DNA of 64,000 nucleotides from an uncultured Opitutaceae bacterium (GCA_964414785.1 CAYPXZ010000016.1:677-64676), one strand, 5' to 3'; numbered from the stretch's first letter, positions 29,920 to 38,769 are shown. Notes: a model not told the origin generated them from the letters alone. Numbers and translations: made by a program.

Positions 29920-29935
29920 ATAATCAATTGATTAT
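29920..29935. promoter_or_regulatory. 16-bp perfect palindrome ATAATCAATTGATTAT upstream of TonB-dependent receptor 1
   Basis: Read directly, in a 114-nt AT-rich intergenic region 82 nt before the receptor ATG. The ATAATC/GATTAT arms are reminiscent of Fur-type boxes but do not match the E. coli consensus. Confidence 0.4.
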
Positions 29936-30016
29936 GCCGTAGAGGTATAAGGCAATTCATTGGCCCCATAAGATGCACGCATTGCATCCATCGAACACCA
30001 TCAAGAAAAATTATTC

Positions 30017-32593
30017 ATGCACCTCAACACCAAGAGACTCCTTCTGAAGGGCCCGGCGCTGCTGGGCCTCGTAATCGCGCTGAGCGCCGGACTCCGGGCG
30101 CAGTCATCGACGCCGCCGCCGTCGAGCCCCTCGGACTCGTCCACGACCCCCGCAACGGCAAACCAGAAGGTCACCACGCTGGAGAAATACACGGTGAGCG
30201 ACGTGCCGATCACCGAGCAGGTGCTCCCGACCGTCCGCCCGATCAACAGCGTCTACGGCGACGACCGAAGCATCATCGACATCCCGAGGTCGGTCTCGAG
30301 CGTGAACAAGGCCTGGATGGATGACCGGCAGGTCAAGAACGCGATGGACTTCGGGCAGTTCTCCCCGGGCGTATACGCCTCGGCCAACTACGGCATCCCG
30401 GGGGTTCCCCAGGTCCGCGGCGACTACGCCCAGATCTACGTGGACGGCCAGATCATCCCGTTCTCGCGAAACAGCACGTCGCTTTCGTTCAACGGCGTCG
30501 AGGCGATGGACATCGTGAAGGGCCCGGGAACGGCCGTATACGGCCCGCAGGGCAACGGCCCGGGCGGCTACGTCAACTTTGTGCCGAAGGAGCCCTATTT
30601 CGACCACGACCACACGGACATCTCGGCCACATTCGGCTACTGGACGAGCGGCCACTCCTACGCGAATCCGGAGTACACCATCGATTTCGGCGGCCCCCTG
30701 AGCGACAAGCTCGCCTACCGGGTGAGCTACCTGGGCCGGTACGGGGAGGGCTACTATCTCAACTCAAAGGACGAGACCCAGGACCTTTACGCGGCCCTGA
30801 CCTACCAGGCCACGAAGGACCTCAAGTTCGAGCTCTGGGGCGAGGGATTCGCCACGCGCACGAATGAGATCACCGGCGCGAACCGCGTCACGGAGCAGTT
30901 CATCAAGAACGGGACCTACATCGGCGGGCCGGCCATCCCCTCGATATCCCAGTATGGCTTTCCCTTTGGCGTGGATATCTATGCCCACCCGAACGACCCC
31001 TACACGACGATTGCCGACGGTTCGTACGTCATCGTGGATCCCGCCCACCTGTATACGACGAAGCTGCCGGCCTACGACGCGCTGGTCGGGCCCTATGACA
31101 CAGCCCGCTCCAAGCTCTTCGAGGGCCAGCTGAAAACGACGCTCGGGCTCTCGACCGACACATCCATCGTCAACCTCGCGTACTTCGGCCTCGAGCATTC
31201 CAACAAGTTCGAGACCTACGGCTACGACGAGTATATCCCGAGGAGCGAGTCGATCCAGGACCGGCTCGAGTTCCACACCAAGCTGGAGACGGGCAAGGTC
31301 GAGAACAACATCATCACGGGCCTCGACTACAGGTACACCTACCTGAGGGCCTACGACGACTACCAGACCGAGCCCTTCACCTACTACGACGTGAACCAGT
31401 CGCTCTCCAACATCTTCTACCCGGGTTACTACGCGGAGGGCGAGACCTGGGGCGGCGGACTTCAGGTCCCGGGGCATCCCGGCTACAGCACGGTCGAGCA
31501 CCAGGACAGCACGATCAAGGACTACGCCGCCTTCATCCAGGACGACGTGAGGTTCACCGATAGGTTCTCGGCCATCCTCGGGTTCCGCGAGGACTACATC
31601 TTTGCCAACTCGGCAAATCCCCCGTTCACGCAGGTGGGATACTACAACCAGTACTTCGAGTATGTTCCCCTGACCACGCCGATCTTCTTCGACCGCGGCG
31701 GCACCTACAGCGCCACCGCCGCGCGGTACGATCCGTCCTATTTCGCGAGCCTGATCTACAAGCTGACGGAGACGCAGTCCGTCTATGCCACCTATGACCG
31801 GGTGGACGCCACGCACGGGGCGACCAACTTCGGCGGCGTCGACAGCGGCGGCAACGGCACGGCCTACGGGATCGGCCAGTTGCCCCAGGGCAATGCGGGG
31901 ACCGTCGCGACCTCGATCTCAGTGGGCAGCACGCTCTACGAGGTCGGCTACAAGGGCAGCTACCTCGGCAACACGCTCTTCGTGAGCGCCTCGCTCTTCC
32001 AGCAGGACAAGGTTGAGTCCCAGCTCAAGGGCCCTCCGTTCAGGATCAAGGACAACGGCATTGAGCTGGACGTGATCTTCCAGCCCACGAAGGCGCTGAC
32101 GATCAACGGAAACCTGACGTACCAGGACGCGACGGCATTCGGGGACTACTTCTTCCAGGAGACGGGAAGCTACCTCGACGCCTACTCGACCTCGACCATC
32201 GTCGATGGAAAGCCCGGCACCGGAGTCGGCGCCGTCAACTATACCGGATACGTGCCGCCAACGGGCCGCATGCGGGCCCCGGGCGTCCCGCAGCTGATCG
32301 CCAACCTGTTCGTCGAGTACAAGTTCACGAACGGCATCGGCATCGGCGCGGGCCCGAACTTCATCGGCAAGCAATACGCCGACGACGAGGATGCGCTCTA
32401 CATCCCGAATGAATACGAGGTGGACGGCTACCTCATCTACGCCCCGAGCAAGAAATGGGATATTCGATTGAATATCACCAACTTGACCAACAATCGGGTA
32501 CTCGACCCGATCGACGTGAGCTTTGCGGGTAACGACACGATATTCGTGCGCAAGCCAATCTCGGCGTCGGTGACGTTCCGCCTGCACTACTGA
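30017..32593 (+). CDS. TonB-dependent receptor (paralog 1)
   Basis: 858 aa with a signal peptide, a plug domain (IDIPRSVSSVN, MDIVKGPGTAVYGPQG) and a long beta-barrel ending in an aromatic residue (FRLHY). Confidence 0.9.
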   Translation: MHLNTKRLLLKGPALLGLVIALSAGLRAQSSTPPPSSPSDSSTTPATANQKVTTLEKYTVSDVPITEQVLPTVRPINSVYGDDRSIIDIPRSVSSVNKAWMDDRQVKNAMDFGQFSPGVYASANYGIPGVPQVRGDYAQIYVDGQIIPFSRNSTSLSFNGVEAMDIVKGPGTAVYGPQGNGPGGYVNFVPKEPYFDHDHTDISATFGYWTSGHSYANPEYTIDFGGPLSDKLAYRVSYLGRYGEGYYLNSKDETQDLYAALTYQATKDLKFELWGEGFATRTNEITGANRVTEQFIKNGTYIGGPAIPSISQYGFPFGVDIYAHPNDPYTTIADGSYVIVDPAHLYTTKLPAYDALVGPYDTARSKLFEGQLKTTLGLSTDTSIVNLAYFGLEHSNKFETYGYDEYIPRSESIQDRLEFHTKLETGKVENNIITGLDYRYTYLRAYDDYQTEPFTYYDVNQSLSNIFYPGYYAEGETWGGGLQVPGHPGYSTVEHQDSTIKDYAAFIQDDVRFTDRFSAILGFREDYIFANSANPPFTQVGYYNQYFEYVPLTTPIFFDRGGTYSATAARYDPSYFASLIYKLTETQSVYATYDRVDATHGATNFGGVDSGGNGTAYGIGQLPQGNAGTVATSISVGSTLYEVGYKGSYLGNTLFVSASLFQQDKVESQLKGPPFRIKDNGIELDVIFQPTKALTINGNLTYQDATAFGDYFFQETGSYLDAYSTSTIVDGKPGTGVGAVNYTGYVPPTGRMRAPGVPQLIANLFVEYKFTNGIGIGAGPNFIGKQYADDEDALYIPNEYEVDGYLIYAPSKKWDIRLNITNLTNNRVLDPIDVSFAGNDTIFVRKPISASVTFRLHY

Positions 32594-32620
32594 CGGAGGC
32601 GCCGCAGAGGATATACCCGA

Positions 32621-32649
32621 AAAGGGGGCCCGAAAGGGCCCCCTTTTTC
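32621..32649 (+). terminator. Rho-independent terminator
   Basis: AAAGGGGGCCC-GAAA-GGGCCCCCTTTTT, a perfect GC stem with a GNRA-like loop and T-tract, 28 nt after the receptor 1 stop. Confidence 0.85.
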
Positions 32650-32790
32650 ATTGGGCCGCAGGGGGCGGCGCACGCGCAAAGTGGAAGCAGGCACGCAGAT
32701 AGGGTGCCAAAAACCTTCACCATAGGGCGCATGGCATGGGGGTTGCTAGAATCGGGTAAACCAACACCTGAAACCTAGTACCCAAACCGA

Positions 32791-35409
32791 ATGACCAAGA
32801 AACTCGTACTCAAGGGCCCGATCCTCGTGGGCGTGGCCTGCCTGATGGGCACCAGCCTCTTTGCGCAGTCCTCGACACCGCCTCCCGCCGCGTCCGCCGA
32901 GGCCGCCGCGGAGGGACAGAAGGCGACCAAGCTTGAGAAATACACCGTCAGCGACGTGCCGATTTCCGAGCAGGTGCTCCCGACCGTCCGCCCGATCGGC
33001 GACGTCCTGGGAGATGACACAAGCATCATCGACATCCCGCGATCCGTTTCCAGCGTCAACGCGGCGTGGATGAAGGACCGAATGGTGAAAAACGCCATGG
33101 ACTTCGGGCAGTTCTCCCCGGGCGTCTACTCGGCGGCCCAGTACGGCATCCCCGCGGTCCCCTTCATCCGCGGCGACCTCGGCTCGGTCTACGTCGACGG
33201 CCAGATCTCCATGTTCTCGCGCAACAGCACGCCGCCGAGCTTCAACGGCGTCGAGTCGATGGACATCGTCAAGGGCCCGGGCTCAGCGGTCTACGGGCCG
33301 CAGGGCGAGGGCGCCGGCGGCTACGTCGACTTCGTCATGAAGCAGCCGTACTTTGACAAGGACCACGCGGACATCGACGCCACGCTCGGCTACTGGTCCA
33401 GCGGCAAGATGTACTCCAATCCCGAGGTGACCCTGGATTTCGGAGGGCCTCTGAGCGACAAGTTCGCGTACCGGGTGAGCTACCTCGAGCGGTGGGGCAA
33501 CGGCTACTACGCAAACCTCCACAACTCCTCGCAGGACCTCTACGCGGCCATGACGTACCTGGCGACCAAGTCCCTGAAGTTCGAGGGCTGGATCCAGATG
33601 TATTCCGACAAGACCAACGAGAACACCGGCGTCAACCGCGTGACCCAGCAGTTCATCGACCACGGGACCTATGTCGCCGGCCCCACCTCCGTCCCGGAAT
33701 CCGGCCCCGACGCCTTCTTCGGGTACGACATCGCCAATCCGGGCGACCCCGTCGGCGCCTACGGCTCCTATCCCGACGGCGCGCTGCAGACCGTCACGAC
33801 GGCGACGGCGCACACCGTGAAGCTTCCGATGACCGCGGCCCTGATCGGGCCCAACGACACCGCCCGCTCAAAGCTCTTCCAGGCGCAGCTCAAGACCACG
33901 CTCGATCTCTCGACGGACTCGTTCGTCGTGAACCGAGCCCTGTTCTCGCTCGGCCGCTCGAACAAGTTCGAGACCTACGGCTATGACGAGTACGTCCCGC
34001 GCGAGGAGTCCATCCAGGACCGCCTCGAGTACCACGCCATCATGAAGTTGGGGTCGGTCGAGAACCACCTGATCGCAGGCGCCGACTTCCGGTTCTCCTA
34101 CCTGATCGCGTACCAGGACTTCACGACGGAGCCGTTCTCCTACTACGACCTCTCGCAGTCGGCATCCACGATCTACTATCCGGGCTACATCATGGAGGGT
34201 AAGACCTGGGGCGGCGGCGCCTCGGTCCCGGGAGCCCAGGGCTACAGCGCCAACGGCGAGTCGCCCGACACAGGCGGCTCCTCGGGCAACCAATGGTCCT
34301 ACATCTACGACACCGCGGTCTTCCTGCAGGACACCATCAAGGTCACGGACAAGTTCTCGATCACCCCGGGCTTCCGCTGGGACCACATCCAGGCGACCGA
34401 CTCGTCGCCGCCGGTCATCGAGCAGGGGTACAACGCGTACTTCACCTATTACCCGCTCACGACCCCGATCTACATCCCGCGCGGCCAGTCGAGCCCGCTC
34501 ATGGTGGATGAGTCCGGCCTCGGCGACGGCACGCACCCGACCTACGAGGGTTTCAACACGAGCGGCAGCAAGGACGACGAGTCCTACTTCCTGAGCCTCG
34601 GGTACAAGCTGACCGACACGACCTCGGTCTACGCGACCTACGACCGCGCGACGGCAATCCTCGGCACGTCGAACTTCGGCGGCCTCAACGTGAATCCCGT
34701 CGACGGAAACGCGGCCCTCTCGCTCCAGAAGTCGCTCGCCGCGCTGAGCACCCTCTACGAGGTCGGTATCAAGTCGAGCTTCCTCAACAACACGCTGTAC
34801 GGGAGCGTGGCGCTCTTCCAGCAGACGAAGTTTGGCGTCCAGATCGGCGGCGCCACCGACCTGATCAAGGACCAGGGCATCGAATTGGACGCCGTCTACC
34901 AGCCCTCAAAGGCCTGGACCGTGAACGGCAACTTCACCTACCAGAACGCGACGGTGTTCGGAGGCTCGTTCTTCCAGGAGACCGGCAACTACCTCGACAC
35001 CTACAACCCGGACTACATCGTGAACGGGCTCCCCGGCACGGGATTGGGCGCCCCGAATTTCACCAGCTACAAGCCGCCGACCGGCAGGATGCGGGCGCCC
35101 GGCATCCCGGCGATGCAGGCGAACCTCTTCCTGGTCTACACGTCGCCGATGGGCTGGGGCGCCGGCATCGGCCCCCAGATCCAGGGCAAGCAGTACGCCA
35201 ACGACCAGGAGACCCTCCACATCCCGCTTGAGACGGAGTGGGACGGGTATCTCTTCTACGGCAAGAAGGAGTGGGACGTCCGCCTCAACATCAAGAACCT
35301 CCTGAACGAGCGGATCCTGGACCCGATCGACGTGAGCTTCGCGGGCAACGACACGATCTACGTGCGCCCGCCGATCACGGCGTCGGTGACGTTCCGCTAC
35401 CACTATTGA
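32791..35409 (+). CDS. TonB-dependent receptor (paralog 2)
   Basis: 872 aa, colinear with paralog 1 and sharing long identical blocks (KYTVSDVPI.EQVLPTVRPI, IIDIPRSVSSVN, NAMDFGQFSPGVY, LDPIDVSFAGNDTI). Confidence 0.9.
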   Translation: MTKKLVLKGPILVGVACLMGTSLFAQSSTPPPAASAEAAAEGQKATKLEKYTVSDVPISEQVLPTVRPIGDVLGDDTSIIDIPRSVSSVNAAWMKDRMVKNAMDFGQFSPGVYSAAQYGIPAVPFIRGDLGSVYVDGQISMFSRNSTPPSFNGVESMDIVKGPGSAVYGPQGEGAGGYVDFVMKQPYFDKDHADIDATLGYWSSGKMYSNPEVTLDFGGPLSDKFAYRVSYLERWGNGYYANLHNSSQDLYAAMTYLATKSLKFEGWIQMYSDKTNENTGVNRVTQQFIDHGTYVAGPTSVPESGPDAFFGYDIANPGDPVGAYGSYPDGALQTVTTATAHTVKLPMTAALIGPNDTARSKLFQAQLKTTLDLSTDSFVVNRALFSLGRSNKFETYGYDEYVPREESIQDRLEYHAIMKLGSVENHLIAGADFRFSYLIAYQDFTTEPFSYYDLSQSASTIYYPGYIMEGKTWGGGASVPGAQGYSANGESPDTGGSSGNQWSYIYDTAVFLQDTIKVTDKFSITPGFRWDHIQATDSSPPVIEQGYNAYFTYYPLTTPIYIPRGQSSPLMVDESGLGDGTHPTYEGFNTSGSKDDESYFLSLGYKLTDTTSVYATYDRATAILGTSNFGGLNVNPVDGNAALSLQKSLAALSTLYEVGIKSSFLNNTLYGSVALFQQTKFGVQIGGATDLIKDQGIELDAVYQPSKAWTVNGNFTYQNATVFGGSFFQETGNYLDTYNPDYIVNGLPGTGLGAPNFTSYKPPTGRMRAPGIPAMQANLFLVYTSPMGWGAGIGPQIQGKQYANDQETLHIPLETEWDGYLFYGKKEWDVRLNIKNLLNERILDPIDVSFAGNDTIYVRPPITASVTFRYHY

Positions 35410-35435
35410 CCAGCAGACAGTCCTGACTGCTGATG

Positions 35436-35466
35436 AAAGGGGGGCCTCACGAGGGTCCCCCTTTTT
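35436..35466 (+). terminator. Rho-independent terminator abutting the next start codon
   Basis: AAAGGGGGGCCTCACGAGGGTCCCCCTTTTT, an imperfect GC-rich hairpin plus T5. The SBP-2 ATG starts 2 nt later. Confidence 0.7.
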
Positions 35467-35467
35467 C

Positions 35468-36424
35468 ATGAAACCGCTCCTCTGCCTCTCGCTCCTCCTG
35501 GCGGGCCCGCTGTCGGCGGGCGTGCCGATCACCTACTACCAGGACTGGTTCCCGGGCGCGCAGTTCGCCGGCCTCTACGAGGCGCTGGACCGGGGGTTCT
35601 ACGGGGCGGCGGGCCTCGACGTGACGGTGCATGCCTTCGCGTTCGGCCAGGATGCGGCGGGGATGATGGACGCGGATCCCTCGAGGGCCGCCGTGGGGAC
35701 CGTGGAGGGCTATATCCTGCTCCAGAAGCGCGCTAAGGGAGGGGACCTCCGGGCCCTCTCCGCGGTGCTCCGGGAAAGCCCCGCAGGGTACATGACCCTT
35801 CCCGGCAGGGGCGTGGATTCCGCGAGGGGCTTCGTTGGGAAGCGGGTCGGCGTCCACCGGTACGGGGACCCGCTGTTCCGCCTCTTCCTCCGCCGCGCGG
35901 GCGTCGACGAGGCGAGCGTGACGATGGTGTTCGTCGACGACGACGTCGGACGGCTCGTTCGCGGCGAGGTGGACGCCATGCAGGGCTACGCGATCGAGGA
36001 GCTCGTCCGGCTGGGGCGGCGGGTCGGGTCCGGCGAGGGCTTCCTCTCGTTCCGCGAGCTGGGCTTTGACGCCTATTCGCAGGTGGTCTTCTCGACGGGC
36101 GCCCAGGTGCGCGAACACCCCGGCGCGCTCCGGGCGTTCGTCGGCGCGACGCGGGAAGGCTGGGCCTACGCGATCGCCAATCCCGACCGGGCGGTCGACG
36201 CGGTCATGGCCCGCATGGGCGCCGGGGCCGACCGCGCCCTGGTGAGGGACATGTTCCTTGCGACGGTCCGGTTCGTCGCGCCCGGCGGCGAGGCGCCGCT
36301 CGGTCCCATGGACCCTGTGAAGTGGCGCGGCATGGCGGCCGCCTGCGTCGAGATGGGGATCCTGCCCCGCGCCGAGGACCCGGGAGTCTTCCTCTCCGGT
36401 GAAGTTACTTCAGGCCCGCGGTGA
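35468..36424 (+). CDS. NMT1/THI5-type periplasmic binding protein (SBP-2, divergent, non-lipoprotein signal)
   Basis: Signal MKPLLCLSLLLAGPLSAG, then ITYYQDWFPGAQFAGLYEALDRGFYGAAGLDVTV, the same fold signature as SBP-1 and SBP-3. Confidence 0.75.
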   Translation: MKPLLCLSLLLAGPLSAGVPITYYQDWFPGAQFAGLYEALDRGFYGAAGLDVTVHAFAFGQDAAGMMDADPSRAAVGTVEGYILLQKRAKGGDLRALSAVLRESPAGYMTLPGRGVDSARGFVGKRVGVHRYGDPLFRLFLRRAGVDEASVTMVFVDDDVGRLVRGEVDAMQGYAIEELVRLGRRVGSGEGFLSFRELGFDAYSQVVFSTGAQVREHPGALRAFVGATREGWAYAIANPDRAVDAVMARMGAGADRALVRDMFLATVRFVAPGGEAPLGPMDPVKWRGMAAACVEMGILPRAEDPGVFLSGEVTSGPR

Positions 36425-37259
36425 TGAACTCCACGAGCTGCGCCATTTGCTCGTCCGTGTAGCGGGGGTGCGCCTCCATCTTCGCGCTGGGGACGAGCGA
36501 CTTCGGATCGCGGACGTATTTCAAAAAGAAAGGCCGGTCGTAGGCGGCAAAGGCCGCGAGGACCTGGAACGGACGCCCCGCCTTCGTGCCCCCGAAGGTG
36601 CCGGCAGGGCCCGAGTGGCAGCTGGCGCAGGAATTCACCCAGATCTCGCGTCCGGCCCGCCCGGCCGGGCCCGCGGAGGCCCAGGGGCCCGAGTAGATGC
36701 CCCTGAAGCGCTCGGCGAAGGAGGCGACCTCGATCGTTGTCACGCCCCACGGCTTCTTGTGCTCGATGTCCAGGAACGCCGCGGCCGCCGGGACGAGTTC
36801 CGCGGACACGGTCACGACGTACGGGGCGGGGTTGAACTTCAGGCCCGGGGGCGGCCAGTCCGCCGGCCCCTTGCCGTTGATCTCCAGGACGAGGAAGGGC
36901 CTGTAGGTCCCGATGAAGCCGGACGTGAAGATGCCCACGTAGCCGTCGCCGCAGGTCGCAAAGAGCGCGTCGGCCCCCGGCAGCGCGGGAAGCGCCCTCC
37001 ACAGGTCGGACAGGAAGACGACCGTCAGGACCTGGGGGCCCTTCACGAACTCGCCGTCGAGGCGGACCTGGGAGGTCGGGAGCGCGCGCAGGTCCTCCCA
37101 CGAGGCGTATCGCGTCTCGCCCGCGGCGACGCCCGCCAGCTGGCCGGTCAGCGCAAGGTCAAAGGGCGAGCCCCGCTGCGCATGGAGCTCCAGGGCGCGC
37201 CCGGGGGCGGCGAGCGCGAGGACGGCTGATGCAACGGCCGCCGCGTACTGCAGTTTCAT
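36405..37259 (-). CDS. Secreted cytochrome c-domain protein (CxxCH) with N-terminal oxidoreductase molybdopterin-binding-like domain
   Basis: 284 aa with a signal peptide and a C-terminal CASCH heme-c motif. The N-terminal ~190 aa (LDGEFVKGPQVLTVVFLSDL..., FLVLEINGKGP) resembles YedY/sulfite-oxidase-like substrate domains. The N-terminal assignment is tentative. Confidence 0.5.
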   Translation of the reverse strand: MKLQYAAAVASAVLALAAPGRALELHAQRGSPFDLALTGQLAGVAAGETRYASWEDLRALPTSQVRLDGEFVKGPQVLTVVFLSDLWRALPALPGADALFATCGDGYVGIFTSGFIGTYRPFLVLEINGKGPADWPPPGLKFNPAPYVVTVSAELVPAAAAFLDIEHKKPWGVTTIEVASFAERFRGIYSGPWASAGPAGRAGREIWVNSCASCHSGPAGTFGGTKAGRPFQVLAAFAAYDRPFFLKYVRDPKSLVPSAKMEAHPRYTDEQMAQLVEFITAGLK

Positions 37260-37345
37260 GGAGCGGTTGATAGCACGAAGGGTGCCCGGACTGCGAGTAC
37301 TGCGCTGTTGCGGGCGCCCGGGGGGTTCTCTACGGATTTGCCCGG

Positions 37346-38353
37346 ATGACGCCCCTTCGACCCGGATTGCTCGCCGCCGCGCTCGCCTCGGCCCTGGCCG
37401 TATGCGGCTGTTCGCGGAGCGCGCCGGGGGATACCTCGGCCGGGGCGGGAGCCACGGCGCCCTTCAAGATCACGGTCCAGCTCGACTGGGTCGCGGAGCC
37501 CGAGCACGGGGGGTTCTACCAGGCCCTGGCGAAGGGGTATTTCAAGGAGGCGGGCCTGGATGTGAACGTGATCCAGGGCGGCCCGAACGGCTACGTCCTG
37601 CAGAAGGTGGCGACCGGCCAGGCCGACTTCGGCCAGTCGGACAGCACGAACGTGCTCCTCGCGATCAACCAGGGCCTTCCCATCATCCAGGTCGGCGCCG
37701 TGTTCCAGAACGACCCCTCGGTGCTCATGCTCCACGCCGACAACCCGGTGAAGACCTTCGAGGACCTGAACGGGAAGACCATCATGGCCCGCCTGGAATG
37801 GGCGTTCCTGCCGTACCTCAAGAACAAGTACCACATCGACTTCAAGATCATCCCCCAGAACTTCGCGGTCGGCAATTTCATCGCCGACCCGAACTTCATC
37901 CAGCAGGGGTTCTACACGGCGGAGCCGTATTTCATCGTGAAGGGCGGGGCGAAGTACCCGAAGTTCCTTTACGCCTGGGACGCGGGTTTTGACGCCTACA
38001 CCTGCATCGTCGCGAACCGCCGATGGGCCGAGGCGAACGCCGCCCACGCCCGCGCGTTCATGGCGGCCTACATCAGGGGCTGGAAGGACTACATCGAGGG
38101 CGACCCGGCTCCCGCGCACGCGCTGATGAAGCAGGTGAACCCCAACGTGACGGACGGATTCCTTGCCTTCTCACACAAGATGATCGTCGACGAGAAGCTG
38201 GTCATTGGGCGCCACGCCACGGACGACTCCCAGACGGGAAGGATCTCGGGGGAGCGCTTTGCCGTCCAGATCCGCCAGCTCGAGGACCTGGGGATCCTCC
38301 CCAGGGGAAAGCTGACCGCCGACCAGGTCATGACGACCGCCTACCTCCCATGA
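37346..38353 (+). CDS. NMT1/THI5-type ABC substrate-binding lipoprotein (SBP-3)
   Basis: Lipobox ALAVCGCS and QLDWVAEPEHGGFYQALAKGYFKEAGLDVNV. It is clearly paralogous to SBP-1 along its full length. Confidence 0.85.
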   Translation: MTPLRPGLLAAALASALAVCGCSRSAPGDTSAGAGATAPFKITVQLDWVAEPEHGGFYQALAKGYFKEAGLDVNVIQGGPNGYVLQKVATGQADFGQSDSTNVLLAINQGLPIIQVGAVFQNDPSVLMLHADNPVKTFEDLNGKTIMARLEWAFLPYLKNKYHIDFKIIPQNFAVGNFIADPNFIQQGFYTAEPYFIVKGGAKYPKFLYAWDAGFDAYTCIVANRRWAEANAAHARAFMAAYIRGWKDYIEGDPAPAHALMKQVNPNVTDGFLAFSHKMIVDEKLVIGRHATDDSQTGRISGERFAVQIRQLEDLGILPRGKLTADQVMTTAYLP

Positions 38354-38769
38354 AGACACCTCCGGCTTTTCTCGCCTGCCTCTGCGCGCTCGCCCTCGCC
38401 GGCTGCGGCCACCTGGAGCTCTCGCCCGAGGGGGACCCCCTCAGGGTGCTCACGGGCCAGGTCGACCTGGGGGACGCCGTCGCGCTCCCCTCGGACGCGA
38501 CGGTGACGGTCCGCGTCGAGGACACGTCGGCCGCCGGCATGCCGCCCCAGGTGCTGGGCTCGCAGACCGTGAGCAACCCCGGGACGGCGCCCATTGCCTT
38601 CCGCCTGGAGTACCGCGCCGAGGACGAGGTCCTTCGCCGGGGCCTCAACATCGAGGCCCGCGTCTCCTATTCCGGGAGGGTGCAGTACTACAACGTGAAC
38701 CGCTACGTCGTGACCCTGGGCAACGCAACCGACCCCCATCGCATCAGCGTGGTGCCCGCCAGTCGGTGA
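38350..38769 (+). CDS. YbaY/YscW-like lipoprotein
   Basis: Lipobox ALALAGCG, then LTGQVDLGDAVALPSDATVTVRVEDTSAAGMPPQVLGSQTV...PIAFRLEY, matching the YbaY family pattern. Its ATGA overlaps the SBP-3 stop. Confidence 0.7.
   Translation: MKTPPAFLACLCALALAGCGHLELSPEGDPLRVLTGQVDLGDAVALPSDATVTVRVEDTSAAGMPPQVLGSQTVSNPGTAPIAFRLEYRAEDEVLRRGLNIEARVSYSGRVQYYNVNRYVVTLGNATDPHRISVVPASR

Noticed and set aside
29949-29959. The 10-mer AGGCAATTCA is shared between the receptor-1 upstream region and 47508-47517.
   Set aside because: The second copy lies inside the coding 3' end of the pseudouridine synthase gene. It is a single short AT-rich match, most likely chance.
29903-30016. Possible TPP or other riboswitch ahead of the TonB-dependent receptors. 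I also checked 32650-32790.
   Set aside because: No CUGAGA or ACCUGAUCUGGAUAAUGCCAGCG-like conserved elements are present. The regions are too short and AT-rich for the known thiamine, cobalamin or Moco aptamers.
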